Below are positions 12,182-24,340 of a stretch of 64,000 bases of DNA, one piece after another. This DNA comes from the human T2T-CHM13v2.0 reference genome, Homo sapiens. Below the pieces are notes generated by a model. It was not told the DNA's origin. It saw only the letters and a list, made by a program, of their open reading frames with translations, and did not search any database. Both the position numbers and the translations under genes were made by a program. How positions within the stretch are numbered: the first letter of the stretch is position 1; each line of letters begins with the position of its first letter. The stretch is from the NCBI RefSeq assembly GCF_009914755.1, contig NC_060928.1; one strand, 5' to 3'.

Positions 12182-12563
12182 TGTATCAGTCTGGTTTGTA
12201 TTATGCTAATAGACAACCCTAGAATCTTAGTAGTTTTAAACAATACATGTTGAATCTACATGTCTATCACAGATTTTCAGATCTTTAGGAGGTTCCTGCT
12301 TATCATAGTCATTAGTCATTTACAACCCAAGATTGATGAAAGAGACACTGGGGTTGGCAGTTATGTACCAGGGTAAAACAGAGAACTTAAAGATGTCATT
12401 CTAGAAAATAAATGTTTGACTTAGAGATGACAGACAACCAGAACTAACATCACGTGTTTCTCACACCCACTCACCTATCAAGTGGCCAGAATGTATAAAT
12501 CAACTGTATTATTTCTCAAGTTAAGAGCTGAAATATTCCTTGAATAATACTAGCTACTACCAC
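12182..12563 (-). mobile_element. Old MaLR LTR (MLT1J/K/L-like)
   Basis: tgtatcagtc...aaccctagaatcttagtagttttaaacaatac start and ...actaccaca end. Confidence 0.6.
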
Positions 12564-12585
12564 AACTAGGTATTACAACAACTAC

Positions 12586-13120
12586 TGTTACAGGAAAGGA
12601 GTCCCTACCCAGACCCCAAGAGAGGATTCTTGGATCTCATGCAAGAAAGAATTCAGGGTGAGTCCGCAGTGCAAAGTAAAGGCAAGTTTATTAAGAAAGT
12701 AAAGTAGTGAAAGTACAGCTATTCCGTAGATAGAGTGGGATGTTCCTGAAAGCAAGAGGAGGAATGGCGTCCACCCTAGGTACAATGCTTGTTTATATAG
12801 GATAAAAAGATCATGGAAGATGTGCTCTGCTACAAGGGTTTGTGATGAAGGATTAATTTTCTTAATTACTGTATTTTGAAACAATCAATGTTATTATCTT
12901 TAAAGCAAAATTAGGAATGCCTTTGTTCTCCAGATATTAGGATATCTGGACACACCCAGGTCTGAGTCTGTTTAGTAAACATTACTCATTTGTTCCCTTA
13001 ACCTTAAACATCTAGAAGCTAGGAATGCCAACTTTCTGGGGAGGGAAACCAGCAAGCCCCAGCCTCATTTTCCTGGCCCTCACTCAAGATGGAGTTGCTC
13101 TGGTTTGAATGTCTCTGACA
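12586..13120 (-). mobile_element. MER41-family solo LTR (MER41C/D-like, ERV1)
   Basis: Reverse complement begins tgtcagagacattcaaaccagagcaactccatcttgagtg and ends ctctcttggggtctgggtagggactcctttcctgtaaca; 4-bp TSD ctac/ccac. Confidence 0.88.
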
Positions 13121-13689
13121 CCACTATTCCTTGAATAAGTACTAGCCTACAACACCAACCTGTTCCTGTATTATAATGGTATGTTCATACAAGTTGGTGG
13201 ATATGGAATTCTGGAACTATACATTAGGCCAAACAGATCATCCCAGGGAGATACTAGTGAAAACCTCCTAGTGGAATTTAAAGATAGATTTTAAAAAGAG
13301 ATTATAAATATAGGTATAGGTATGGGTATATAATCTCATAATATAGTTATATATAATTGACAACTACTTAGGATATTGCTATTCTATTGCTTTTCCTGTC
13401 AGAGTGTTCAATATATTGTACTGTTGTAATTTCATATTTCCTCACAAGTCCTAACTAACTACTTCATTTGGGCACACAAGAATTTACAAAATAAAGTGAA
13501 AAGCTTGTTCTTCTAAGTTGAACTAGGAATATAGCAATTATGGCAGCCCAAGGCTTGTATGTCCCAGGATATAGTAATTGCTTCATAAATTATACCTCTT
13601 ATTTAAGTTTCAACATTCTTTCCCACAAAAAAAGCAAAATAAAATAGTTTGACACATGAACAACATCACATATCACAATCACATATACA

Positions 13690-14126
13690 GGTAGTTTATT
13701 TAAGGAAGTAATCTTAAGAAAGAAGAATAGGAAGCTGGGTAAATGAAATAAACAATTATTAAGCTAACCATCAAAAGAGCAACTGGGGGCTCATTTCCAC
13801 TAGAACCCACAAGGACCTGTGTAGAAGGTGGCACAGATTGTTTCCTGGGGTGGATAGAAGGAAATCTACAAAATCCCATCCTTTCTAGGTCAAAAGTTGC
13901 CCTGTGATGTATTAATAGCTTGCGCTTTCAGGTTTGATCATGCATGGTTCTTTGCACTAGTTCCCATAGTGTCTCCATCAGAAAGGTCCTGGGACAGAAA
14001 GTAAACATAAAGTAATTTTGAGAGGAGCTCCAGTCAGTTTACAGCTGTCCCAAGCTGTTATCCTAAAAAATGATTGATGTAAAAGGTGTTCTCAATGATC
14101 TGAGGTAGGACACAGAGGTGTCTAGT
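13690..14126 (-). mobile_element. Old MaLR LTR fragment (MLT1I-like)
   Basis: gtagtttatttaaggaagtaatcttaagaa resembles the MLT1I reverse-strand gtagtttatttgggaggtgatcccaggaa. Confidence 0.5.
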
Positions 14127-15149
14127 TAAGGACCATAATTAGCTATTATAGTATCAGCTATTGTAATCCAAATAGTCTGCTCCTTCACACCTACTTTAAA
14201 TTTTCTAATGTGAGTTTCTTCTAGTACATACTTAAAAATGAGCCACCATATCATATTTATTTTGAATGGTCCATTTAGATGTTGCTTCTCAATTTTATAT
14301 TTCCCTTTTCTAGACATTTTTTTCTGCCTTTGGCTTCATTAATGCTCTTCTTGAAACTTCTAGACACCATTTCCTCATTAGTTACTGTTCCTTTACTGCA
14401 AGTTAATGAGCTTCATGTAAAATAAGCTAGACTTTCCTTGCCTTCTTTGTCTTTATTCTCCACAATACTAACAGACAGCTATATCAAACTTAACTGAGGT
14501 ATTGGAGGCAATTTTTTAATGCTACACAGGAGCAGAAATTTTATAGCTGTGGCTAAATACAACATTTTCCAAGTCTAGAAAAAAACCCATCAGTTACTTT
14601 TGATAGGTTACAATTGCCAGATTATGAATGCTGCTAACCCGGCTTCCTTATCCTGAATTTCTGCTCTTTCCCAAACTCTATTTATTCTGTTCAGTCACTT
14701 TAATTTTTCACTACCAGTTTTAATACTGTTTGCCCCAGTATCCAAGTTCTTAATAAATAAAATCTTCATATACTCGGTACTCAAATACATTTAATTAGCA
14801 TATTTCCCTAAATTAGCCGCATTCAGTTTTGATAACATCCCCAAAATCTTCAGTGATGGAATCTGACACACCAAATATATTTAGGAGGCAAAGACGTTAC
14901 GAATAAAACACACACACACATGCATGCACGCAAACACGCACACAGAAGCATTGGACTGCTACCAGGACTGTGTAATGTAAATTCATAGAAGATAAATATT
15001 TTCTTAACTGGCTCATAATTTACAAGACCCCTCTTTTATCAATAGAGTCCTTTCCTTAATTATTAGTTTAGTTTTTTTTTTATTTCCTTTATTCCCTGTT
15101 TTCCATCATGAAGTTGAATATAATAATATAGTAACTCGACTATCACCCT

Positions 15150-15912
15150 CTCCTTAGGGTTTATTACTTTTGGGATTTATTTAGTTTAGTTTTGTTTTTG
15201 ATGATTATAGACTGTCTTTAAGCTCTACATCAGCTTGAGGTGTAGCCTTAAGATATTCTCATGTCTTCTATGCTTTTCCCGGGGCATGCACAGTGACTTT
15301 CTATTTTTCCCCATATATGCAGGAGTTTTGGGGGAATGTTTTGTTTGCTTATTATGTTCTTTATTTTTTAATATTTTAGTCTTTAAAATTTGAATACTAT
15401 ATTTTAGTCTTTAAAGATTTGATATTAATTAATTAATATCAGGATTAATTAATATCAGGATTCCAAAAGGGTTGGGGAAAGAAAAATTAAGGGGGAAAAG
15501 ACTTTTCAGCTCCTTAGATCTCCTGGAAGTTGATTTAGCCAGAAAGAAAGGGACTTGCAACAATGCCCAACACTGTGTCTGCACCTGTTATCAGAAGCAG
15601 CAATAAGCAAGTAGAACACAGACCTAGGTATTTGGAAGACAGAGCCCTTATTGCCCACTCTGATTCTGCAAGATTTAGGCAAGCTGTTCTAGGAATATGT
15701 GCACAGTCATCTGACACTGAGGCATGAGGAATGGCTGCTCTATGCTAAGATCCAAAATGGACTGAAATTAAATGCAATTTACCAAGTCTAAACTTTTATT
15801 GGAAGTTATAAGCCTGTAATATAATTCAAAATTCCAGACAGACTTTCAGTGCGATTGTTGTGTATGTGGGGAGACAGCTTCCTGGTGCTTCCTACTCCAT
15901 CATCTTCCCAGA
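15150..15912 (-). mobile_element. Old L1M 5'-region fragment
   Basis: atcagaagcagcaataagc...gaacacagacctaggtatttggaagacagagccc...gcccactctg and terminal ctccatcatcttccc resemble L1M4/L1MD 5' ends. Confidence 0.6.
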
Positions 15913-16797
15913 GTTCTCTCAGAATAACTTACTTTTACAGCAGTTCCTGATCTGGAAAAGTATTATAAAAGTGGTCTTCTTTGATTCTTCTCTGGATTAA
16001 GTGGTTGTGAAAATGTATGTGCCCTATTCTACATATCTTTATAAATTAAAATTATTTATTATTTTTCACTTTTTAAATGTATTCCCAATTTCAATTGCAT
16101 TTCTCCTTATTTATTTAGGCTTTTAAAAAAGCCAGTATTATGAATTATATTTTTTTAAAAAACATGTAAATTAAGAAACAAAAGAGGGTGTTTTGGTTAG
16201 ATAATCTATTTTGTTTTCCTTTTGAAAATACTGAATAATGTATTGATTTTTATCATCTTTACACTGAATAAAGAATATTATTATTCTTAGGAACAAGAGT
16301 AAGAAGTCACAGATCTCCTTATAAAGCTTGTAACTATGTGAATACATGAATATGATTTTTCCAAATTTATATTTTATTTGGAATAAGTAATTGAAGAAAG
16401 TTTTGCTGCAGATTTTGGAGAAAAAAACTTATAAATCTAAAAATCACATACACTTTAAAAATAAATTGATTTCAACACTATTAATTATGATCAATAACAA
16501 AAATACATTAAGTAGTTTGTATAATGAAAAGGAATCTGATTCATGTAAAAGCAAGTTCTTGCATACTACGTACAGGCATGACAAAGTAAGTCTACTAACC
16601 AATAGTGAATAATCTGAACATCCTTTCTTGATCTGGTCTCTGTTTCTCCAGGTGCATTTTTCAAACTCTCTCTTAGGTTTGAATTCTTTCAGTTCTACTT
16701 AAAGATTCTGTCAGCTCTGAATATTTACATAGTTCATCAACTCTCTGGAAAGCCCTCTCCAAAACTCTCCTGTGTATAGAACCTCATTTTCCCCACT

Positions 16798-17199
16798 TGT
16801 CTTGGTCTACTTGGGCGCCATAACAAAAATATAACAAACTCAGTGTCTTAAACAACAGATATTTAATTTCTCACAGATCCAGAGGCTAGAAGATCAGAAT
16901 CAAGGTCTTATCAGTGTTGATTTTTGGTGCGGCTACTCTTCCTGACCTGCAGATGGCCACCTTCTTGCTTTGTTTTCACATGGCCTCTCTTCTGCCAATG
17001 TTCATGGGTGAAGAGGGAGAGCTGTCTGGTATCTGTTTCTCTTCTTACAAGAACAACAGTCCTATTGGATTAGGACCCTATCATAACCTCATTTAACTTT
17101 AATTTCCTTTTTAAGGCCCTTTCTCCAACTCTCTAGTGATATTGGGGGTTATAGGCTTCAAAGAAATGAATTCTGGGGGAAACAATTCACTTCATAACA
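16798..17199 (-). mobile_element. MLT1A-type MaLR solo LTR
   Basis: tgtcttggtc...cttaaacaacagatatttaatttctcacag...gcagatggccaccttct...ttcataaca. Confidence 0.85.
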
Positions 17200-17313
17200 C
17201 GATTTACATCCTTTAGTTCTCAGATTCAATATATTTTTTAAAAGATTTTTTTTTAATAAGTTCTTATTGAACATGAACTTTTTAAACATGTACTGTCTTT
17301 ATAATAAACTAGC

Positions 17314-17868
17314 TTTTTTTTTTTTTTTGGAGACAGAATCTTGCCATTGCAGACTTGAACTCCTAGGCTCAAACGATTTTGTCACCTTAACCTGCTGTGT
17401 AGCTAGAACCCAGCTAATTATGTAATTTTTTTTTTTTTTTTTAAGAAAAGGGGTCTTACTCTTACAGGTCTTACAGGTTGGTCTCAGACTTCTGGTCTCC
17501 AGTGATCTTTCTACCTTGGCCTGCCAAAGTGCTGGATTACAGGGCCAGGCACGGTGGCTCACACCTGTAATCCCAGCACTTTGGGAGGCCAAGGTGGGTA
17601 GATCATTTGAGGTCAATAGTTTGAGACCTGCCTGGCATACATAGGGAAACCCCGTCTCTACTAAACAAATACAAAAATTAGCTGTGCATGGTAGTGCATG
17701 CCTGTAATCCCAGCTACTTGGGAGGCTGAGACAGGAGAATCACTTGAACCTGGGAGGCCACTGCACTCCAGCCTGGGCAACAGAGCGAGAATTCATCTCA
17801 AAAAAAAAAAAAAAAAAAAAAAAAGAGTGCTGTGCTGGGGTTACAAGTGTGAGCCACTATGACAGGCC
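17314..17868 (-). mobile_element. Old, internally deleted AluJ-like element interrupted by a second Alu
   Basis: PolyT at 17314, Alu arms to 17542, resumes after 17824 and ends gacaggcc at 17868; TSD ta(a/c)actagctttt. Confidence 0.85.
17543..17824 (+). mobile_element. AluS element nested in the older Alu, with ~26-bp right-arm deletion
   Basis: ggccaggcacggtggctcacacctgtaatcc...polyA; gggagg joins directly to ccactgcactcc; degenerate TSD of the gtgctgg..ttaca type. Confidence 0.92.
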
Positions 17869-18735
17869 TACACTAGCTTTTGAATATTTCTTCTTCTATT
17901 GGAAAATTTACTCCAAGAAGGGTAGAATATACCTATTTTTGCTCATTGCTAGAGCACCAGCTCTTAAACCAGGAGCTGTGTATAAGTGCCAGTGAATAGT
18001 TTATCTAATACATTGAACTGAATTGAATCTATGACTGTAAATAAGAGCATGAGCAAAATTATTTTCAGTAATATGCATACAAGGATTATATTTCACATAT
18101 TTATTTTCTTAAGGAAAGTATTAAATTCTCATTTTATCATGCACCCCACAACTAAATAAATGTTTTAAAACATTTTATATATAGGTAAATTTTCTGAATT
18201 TTCAGTGGGAAATCTCTTTTTAAATAATTTTAACTGATTAGGAATACAAATTTAATGTAGTAATCTGTTTCTAAATATTATTACATTATGCTAACTATAA
18301 GACTGAAGTTTTGTCAATGATAAGAGAAAATATTTTTAGTAATTTATTTTTCATTCTAACATAATTTTTTTACCAGCATTTGAAGGAAAATTAAGGTAGG
18401 GCATGGTATTTCAGAACCAAGGAAGGGAGATATTTTAAACCACAGTTGTATACAATTAAAAGTAATACATTTTTCCACTATTTTATTTCCATGTTTAACA
18501 GCTTATAATGCCAATGGCAATATTTTAAAAGATTAAAGCTTTTATTTTTCCCCTTTTAATGTAGAAAGAACAGATCTTTTGTTTTGATTGTCTGTCACCC
18601 TGGTGTTTGAGTTTATAATTGGCACTTGTAAATGATCAGTAAATACTAGTCTCTTATTTAAAAAAGGGTGAGTGAGTGAAGTTAATACAAGAATAGCTGA
18701 AATATTTAATGTATATATTCAAATAATTTTTGCGA

Positions 18736-19006
<271 letters not shown>

Positions 19007-19094
19007 TAGTAGTTAATATGCAAGTCTGATTCAACAAATGAACTAAAACTGCCATATCCTTGTGTATTCCCTCTCTGAATTAGGGGTAGCCCTA

Positions 19095-19540
19095 TGTTAT
19101 GGGTTGAATTGTGTCCCCCCCCAAAATTCATATATTGACATCGTAACCCCAAACATCTCAGAATGTATCTTTATTTGGAGATAGGGTCTTTATAGAGATA
19201 ATGAAGTTAAAGTGAGGTCATTAGCGTGAGCTCCAGTCCAATCTTACTGGTGTTCTATAAAAAGGAAAAATTAGACCTAGACAAACATACAGGGAAATTT
19301 TCTTGAGAAGATGAAAACAGAGGTCTACGAGCCAAAGAATGCCAAAGATTGCCAGACAAACATCAGAAGCTAGGGAAAAGTCACAGAATGGATTCTTCCT
19401 CATGGCTCTGAATCTAGGAACTGGCTGTCTTCATACCTTGATCTAGAATTCCCAGCCTGCAGAGGGAAAAAAAAAATTTACGTTTTCTAAGCCACTAAGT
19501 TTGTGGTACTTTGTTACAATCGCACTAGAAAACTAATATA
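19095..19540 (+). mobile_element. MLT1B/C MaLR solo LTR
   Basis: tgttatgggttgaattgtgtccccc...ttgtggtactttgttac...aactaatata; 5-bp TSD cccta/ccctg. Confidence 0.9.
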
Positions 19541-19763
19541 CCCTGTTACTTGTGCTTTTGTTTGTTTTAAATTATTTATGTACTTATTTATTTGATGATT
19601 AGCCTTTGACAAATAGAATGTTGCAGAAACAATACTGCATTACTTCTCTGAGTAGATTATAAGCACCCATGCAGCTTCTGCCTGGATCTTTGGAATGCTC
19701 TTTTTTTGTGGAAAAGCCAGCTGACATGTAAGAAGTCTAATTAACCTGAGACTGCAATCCTGT

Positions 19764-19792
19764 GATGGCAGGATGGCAGGATGGCAGGATGG
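19764..19792 (+). repeat. (GATGGCAG)3.6 tandem repeat
   Basis: Perfect 8-bp unit repeated inside the MLT1 LTR. Confidence 0.9.
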
Positions 19793-19910
19793 GCCAAACC
19801 AGTCACTGGGAGTGGTCACAGGGAGAGAGACAGAGAGAGAGTCTTGAAATTCCAGCCAACCCAGCTATTCCAAACCAGGTGTCAGACATATAAGTAAAGA
19901 AGCCACGTTG

Positions 19911-20297
19911 TTTTTAAGGATGATCAGTATTCCATTGTGTATATATACTACATTTGCTTTATCTATTCATTTTTTGTTGGACATTAGGCTAATTTCATAT
20001 CTTCGCTACTGTTAATAGTGCTACAATAAATATGAGACAGCAGAAATCTCTTCGACAAACTGATTTCCAATCTTTTGGGTAAATACCCAGAAATAATATT
20101 GCTGGATCATATAGTAATTGTATTTTTTATTTTTTGAGAAATCTGCATATTGTTTTCTATGGTGACTATACTCAAATATTTGAGATGATGGATATGTTAA
20201 TAGTTTGATTTAATTATTTCACATTGGATCATAAATTACAACATCACATTGTACTCCATAAGTTTATACAATTACAAATTGTCAATTTACAATCTTT
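19911..20297 (+). mobile_element. Short 5'-inverted L1MA (L1MA5/6-like)
   Basis: Antisense L1 3'-region piece 19911-20172 joined to sense terminal piece 20173-20297; TSD aagccac(g/a)ttg. Confidence 0.8.
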
Positions 20298-20536
20298 AGA
20301 AAGCCACATTGAATGTCCTCTTCAGTTGAATCTTCAGGTAACTCTAGGTCCATTTGCCAAATGATGGCTGCTGTCTGAGACACCTAAAGTGAGAACAATT
20401 TACACAAGCTAAGCCAACCCACGGAGACATGAGATATCATAATAAATTGTTCTAAGTTACTAAGTTTTTGAGAGATTTGTTAGGCAGCATTAGATAGCTG
20501 GGACACTAATTTCTGTAGTTAGGTTGGTGTAGATGG

Positions 20537-20722
20537 GTGTTTCTCAAAGTGCTGTCACCAGACCAGCAGCATCAGCATCATTGGGAACTTGTTAGAAATG
20601 CAAATTCTTGGACTCCAGCCCAGAAACTCTGAATCAGAAACTCTAGAGATAGGACTCCACTGTTTGTTGTTTAACAAGCCTACCAGGTGATTCTGACTCA
20701 CATTATAGTTTCAGAACAACTT
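20537..20722. mobile_element. MER5A hAT-Charlie MITE
   Basis: tttctcaaagtg...accagcagcatcagcatc...gggaacttgttagaaatgcaaattct...ctgaatcagaaactct...tttaacaagcc...ccaggtgattctga. Confidence 0.93.
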
Positions 20723-22287
20723 TAAATTCTTTCTTAATGAAATCTTTACACTTTTGGTTGATGGAGACCAAATACAGGCAAAAAGATCGACCTTATCATA
20801 GCTTAAGAAGTGCTGTAACATCTGTGCACTGCCAGCGTTTCATCCTCTCCTCATGCTAAGCCTCCTCAGCTCTTCATTTTCTATGTGCTCTGCTCTCTCC
20901 AAAAGTCCATGGGCTTCCTGAATTTCTTTTCCTTTTTTTTTTTTGATATTTTTGTCAGCTTTTCCCAGTAACCTATATGTCTTGCTAAGCTTCACTTTTT
21001 CATGGGAATCCTAGCTGACTTCTTGACTAGGTCAACTTCACTGTTAATAGGCCTTTAGTGCACTATGTACCTTTTCTTCAGATTGCTTGTCACAGTTGAA
21101 TGTGCACACATTTGTGCAATCATTTAGAAGTGTGCTTCCTCCCATGATAAACTGTAAACTCACCAAAGCAGAACAATGTTAGCATGAGAATGAGCAAGAT
21201 AAAAAATTAGCAAACTGATTTCTCACTAAGGAAGTAATAATAATAATATTTATGCAAACTCTCATTAGCACTCCTGTGCAGACCATGTACATTTGGTGAA
21301 TTATCTCATTTAAAACAGCTTGTAAATTACAGTGATAAGGTCAGATCCTCAAGTTCTAGTTTAAAGAAAAAATTATTTTTGTCACTATTTCAAGCATATC
21401 ATACTTTTTCCAAAACCAGTGAAGCCTGTTGAAACATAGTGTGTATTTTGACTTTTAAAGTTGAAATTTTTTCTATTACCAAGTAACAGTATTTTTAAAA
21501 GAAGGATACTTTGGAAGGCTTTTTATGTAGTAATAGCTTTGTTGGCTTATGTTCTTTGTATAACATATTTTTATAAGTATATTCAGATATAATAATTAAA
21601 CAGCAAATGTATGAGCAACACTTCTTTTAAGGGATTGTTTTCAATATATTTAACAACCAGCATGCTATAGATAATGAGAAATCAAAGTGGCCATCTGCTA
21701 CCATGTTCCAGCAGGATCCGGGAGGACGACCTTTACTGTACTAGGCCTGAATTCTTTCTTCTCACATTATGGTTCCAAGAAGGTCTGGGAAGATGCAAAG
21801 GAGGGGCCAAGGTGACCTTTGTGCTTGGGAGGGGTGAGCATCAAACAATGGCATTATCTGTTCACACCAACTACTGGAAACCCCTAAGCCTGGTTTTGTG
21901 AAATTTAGGGTGAGCTAAGTAGGACATATTTCCTGCCATGAAAAAATGTTATATTCTAGCAGGATATATGAAAATTATACAAACAGAAAAAAATAATTTT
22001 TAAAAGTGGCAAGAAGTAATAATAGGTTTGATTAGTAAACATTGCTGTTTGCTTAGCTAGATATACAGAATAGGGTAAACTTTTAAAAATATTTAATAAT
22101 ATAAAATTCATTATTTTCAGTTATTTCATCTTAGTTTAAATTAGTTAGATTATTAAATTATTTTCTTTAGCTTAATTTAGAATTTTAATTGTTACTTATG
22201 ATTTATATTTTAATTCTGGACATTTATATATATAACATATATATGAAATGTATTTTTTTTAATTTTGAAATACAAATAAAAAGGAGG

Positions 22288-22836
22288 TGATATGGCTGTG
22301 TTCCCACTCAAATTTCATCTTGAATTGTAGTTCCAATAATCCCCACATATTGTGGGAGAGACCGGGTGAAAGGTAATTGAATCATGGGGACAGTTGACCC
22401 CATGCTGCTGTTCTCATGTTGGTGAGTGAGTTCTCATGAGATCTGATGGTTTTATAAGGAGATTTTTCCCCTTTGGCTCAACTCTTTCCCTTGCTGCCAC
22501 CATGTGAAGAAAGATGTGTTAGCTTCCCCTTCTGCCATGATTTTAAGTTTTCTGAGGCCTCCCCAACCCTGTGAAACTGAGAGTGGATTAAACTTCCTTT
22601 CCTTATAAATTCCCCAGTCTTGGATATGGCCTTAAGGCAGCACGAGAAAGGATTAATACAATAAATTGGTACTGGGTGGGGTGCTGCTGTAAAGATACCC
22701 GAAAATGTGGGAGCGACTTTGGAACTGGGTAACAGGCAGAGGCTGGAACAGTTAGGAGGCCTCAGAAAAAGATAGAAAAATGTGGGAAAGTTTGGAACTT
22801 CCTAGAGACTTGTTGAATGGCTTTGACAAAAATACT
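22288..22836 (+). mobile_element. THE1 (MaLR) 5' LTR 22288-22660 plus ~175 bp of internal sequence, truncated
   Basis: tgatatgg...tcatcttgaattgtagttcc...ttaataca followed by the THE1-int start taaattggtac...gaaaatgtgg..gcgactttggaactgggtaacaggcagagg. Confidence 0.92.
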
Positions 22837-23190
22837 TATTTTTTTCTAAAAGCTTCAAAGTTTTAATTTTGGCACTTAATTCCTTAATTCGTCTTGAATT
22901 GATTTGGCTTTATTTTGTCAGTTTGTGACCCATTTTAATTTTTCTCTACATAGATACACTGTCTTACAGAAGAAATCACATATCAATCCACCTCTTCTGC
23001 AATGAGCTATAAAAACCAGGTCTAATATTTATGTTTTTGACATATGCACAGATCAGTATTTCCTGTTGTTCTACTCTGTGTATTTATTCTTTAAACAATA
23101 CATCACTGTTTTAATTCTACAGTTTTCTAATAATTCTTGACATTTTGCTGGACAAATCTGTGGTAATGAATGAACATTGAAATATCTTTC
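22837..23190 (-). mobile_element. Degenerate L1M ORF2 fragment
   Basis: ttttctaaaagcttcaaagtttt...cttgaattgattt...cactgttttaatt resembles antisense L1ME ORF2 3' sequence. Confidence 0.55.
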
Positions 23191-23499
23191 TTCCTACGTA
23201 TTCTCAGTGGAGAAAAATAAATGTTTATAAAATAATATTTTGCATATGCCCTAAGAATAAAAAACTGAAGATAGCAAATTAAAATAGAAGAGATTAATAA
23301 TATAAATATACCACTCTATTCCTTCCTTAATCTGAATAGTTATGAATCCAAATGTGGGTAAAACCTAAATATTCATCACAAATTTTCTTCGTCTGAAGCA
23401 GCCAACAGAGTCTGTTTAGTGACCTAAACATTATACCCATTTATGATAATAGCTTTGAGTATCTCTGAAAGGTTAAAGAATTATTAATATTTCATGCAC

Positions 23500-24340
23500 A
23501 TGCAGACATATGTAAATGTACTACTTGAGAGCGCTATCCAGCTCTAAATGGTTGCTTAACATTCATGTGCAATGTTTTTTGAAAACTGGATATTCCAGAT
23601 GTCTAATTTCATAACAAGAAGGTTTTTTTCCCAGTTCTCCTAGATATCCATGTGCTTATATCTTAAATCCCTGTTTATATCTGTTATAGTTTATAGTACC
23701 TCCTATAGGAAGGAGTCCGCCATAAACTCCTTTCAAAAATTTTATCTGTCCTCTAATTTGTTTTTCTACATTTTTTTCCTATTTGTTTTTGTTTTTTTAG
23801 TAGCATCATTGCCAACTAAAATAGTATTTATTTGTGTATTCATCTCTTTTAAGATCTGTTTCTTCCATGGGAATATAAACTTCATGAGAGCAAAATTTTC
23901 ATCTGGTACCTTGACTGCTTTATCACATCATGTATTACTCACAGTAAATTGAATTTTTTGTAAAATAGACACATTTTTCTTTGAGACTCTTGTGGCTCTG
24001 ACATCCTCAGTCTTTGATTTTCTATGGTGTTCTTCTCTATCATTCCCACCATTAAATTTTGCAGTTATTTCTCAACAACAAAACAGAGAAGATGATGCAG
24101 AAATGCATGTACCACTTCACTTCTAACTGTATGTAATAAGGTGAAAACTTAGTCACTTTGCAACTCATAGCTCCATTGGAGGCTGGAGAGTCTAGACTCT
24201 AAAGCTGGTAGCATCTGCCAGAAAAAATAAGAGAGATGATATGGGGATATATAACAATAATCTCTGCCCCTTCCCTCTAAAATCATTTTGCAATGGAGAA
24301 GATCCTTAATAAATATTTGTTGAATGAATGAATAAATGCT
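23500..24340 (+). mobile_element. L2 fragments including the 3' terminus, with a probable old MLT1 piece at about 23990-24270
   Basis: Terminal taataaatatttgttgaatgaatgaataaatg at 24307-24338; aatataaacttcatgagagca at ~23872. Confidence 0.6.

Larger units (their letters stand above)
19055..20505 (+). mobile_element. MLT1G/H-like LTR split by an MLT1B/C LTR and an L1MA
   Basis: Pieces at about 19055-19094, 19541-19910 and 20298-20505, ending taataaattgt...gcagcattagatagctgggaca. Confidence 0.7.

Noticed and set aside
12586-13120. MER41 as a STAT1 interferon-inducible enhancer
   Set aside because: I found no canonical TTCNNNGAA site (closest is ttcctgaa near 12743), and the element looks like MER41C/D rather than MER41B.
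21714-21840. Possible exon in a GC-richer patch
   Set aside because: Weak pyrimidine tract and a modest donor (GGG|GTGAGC); no other support.
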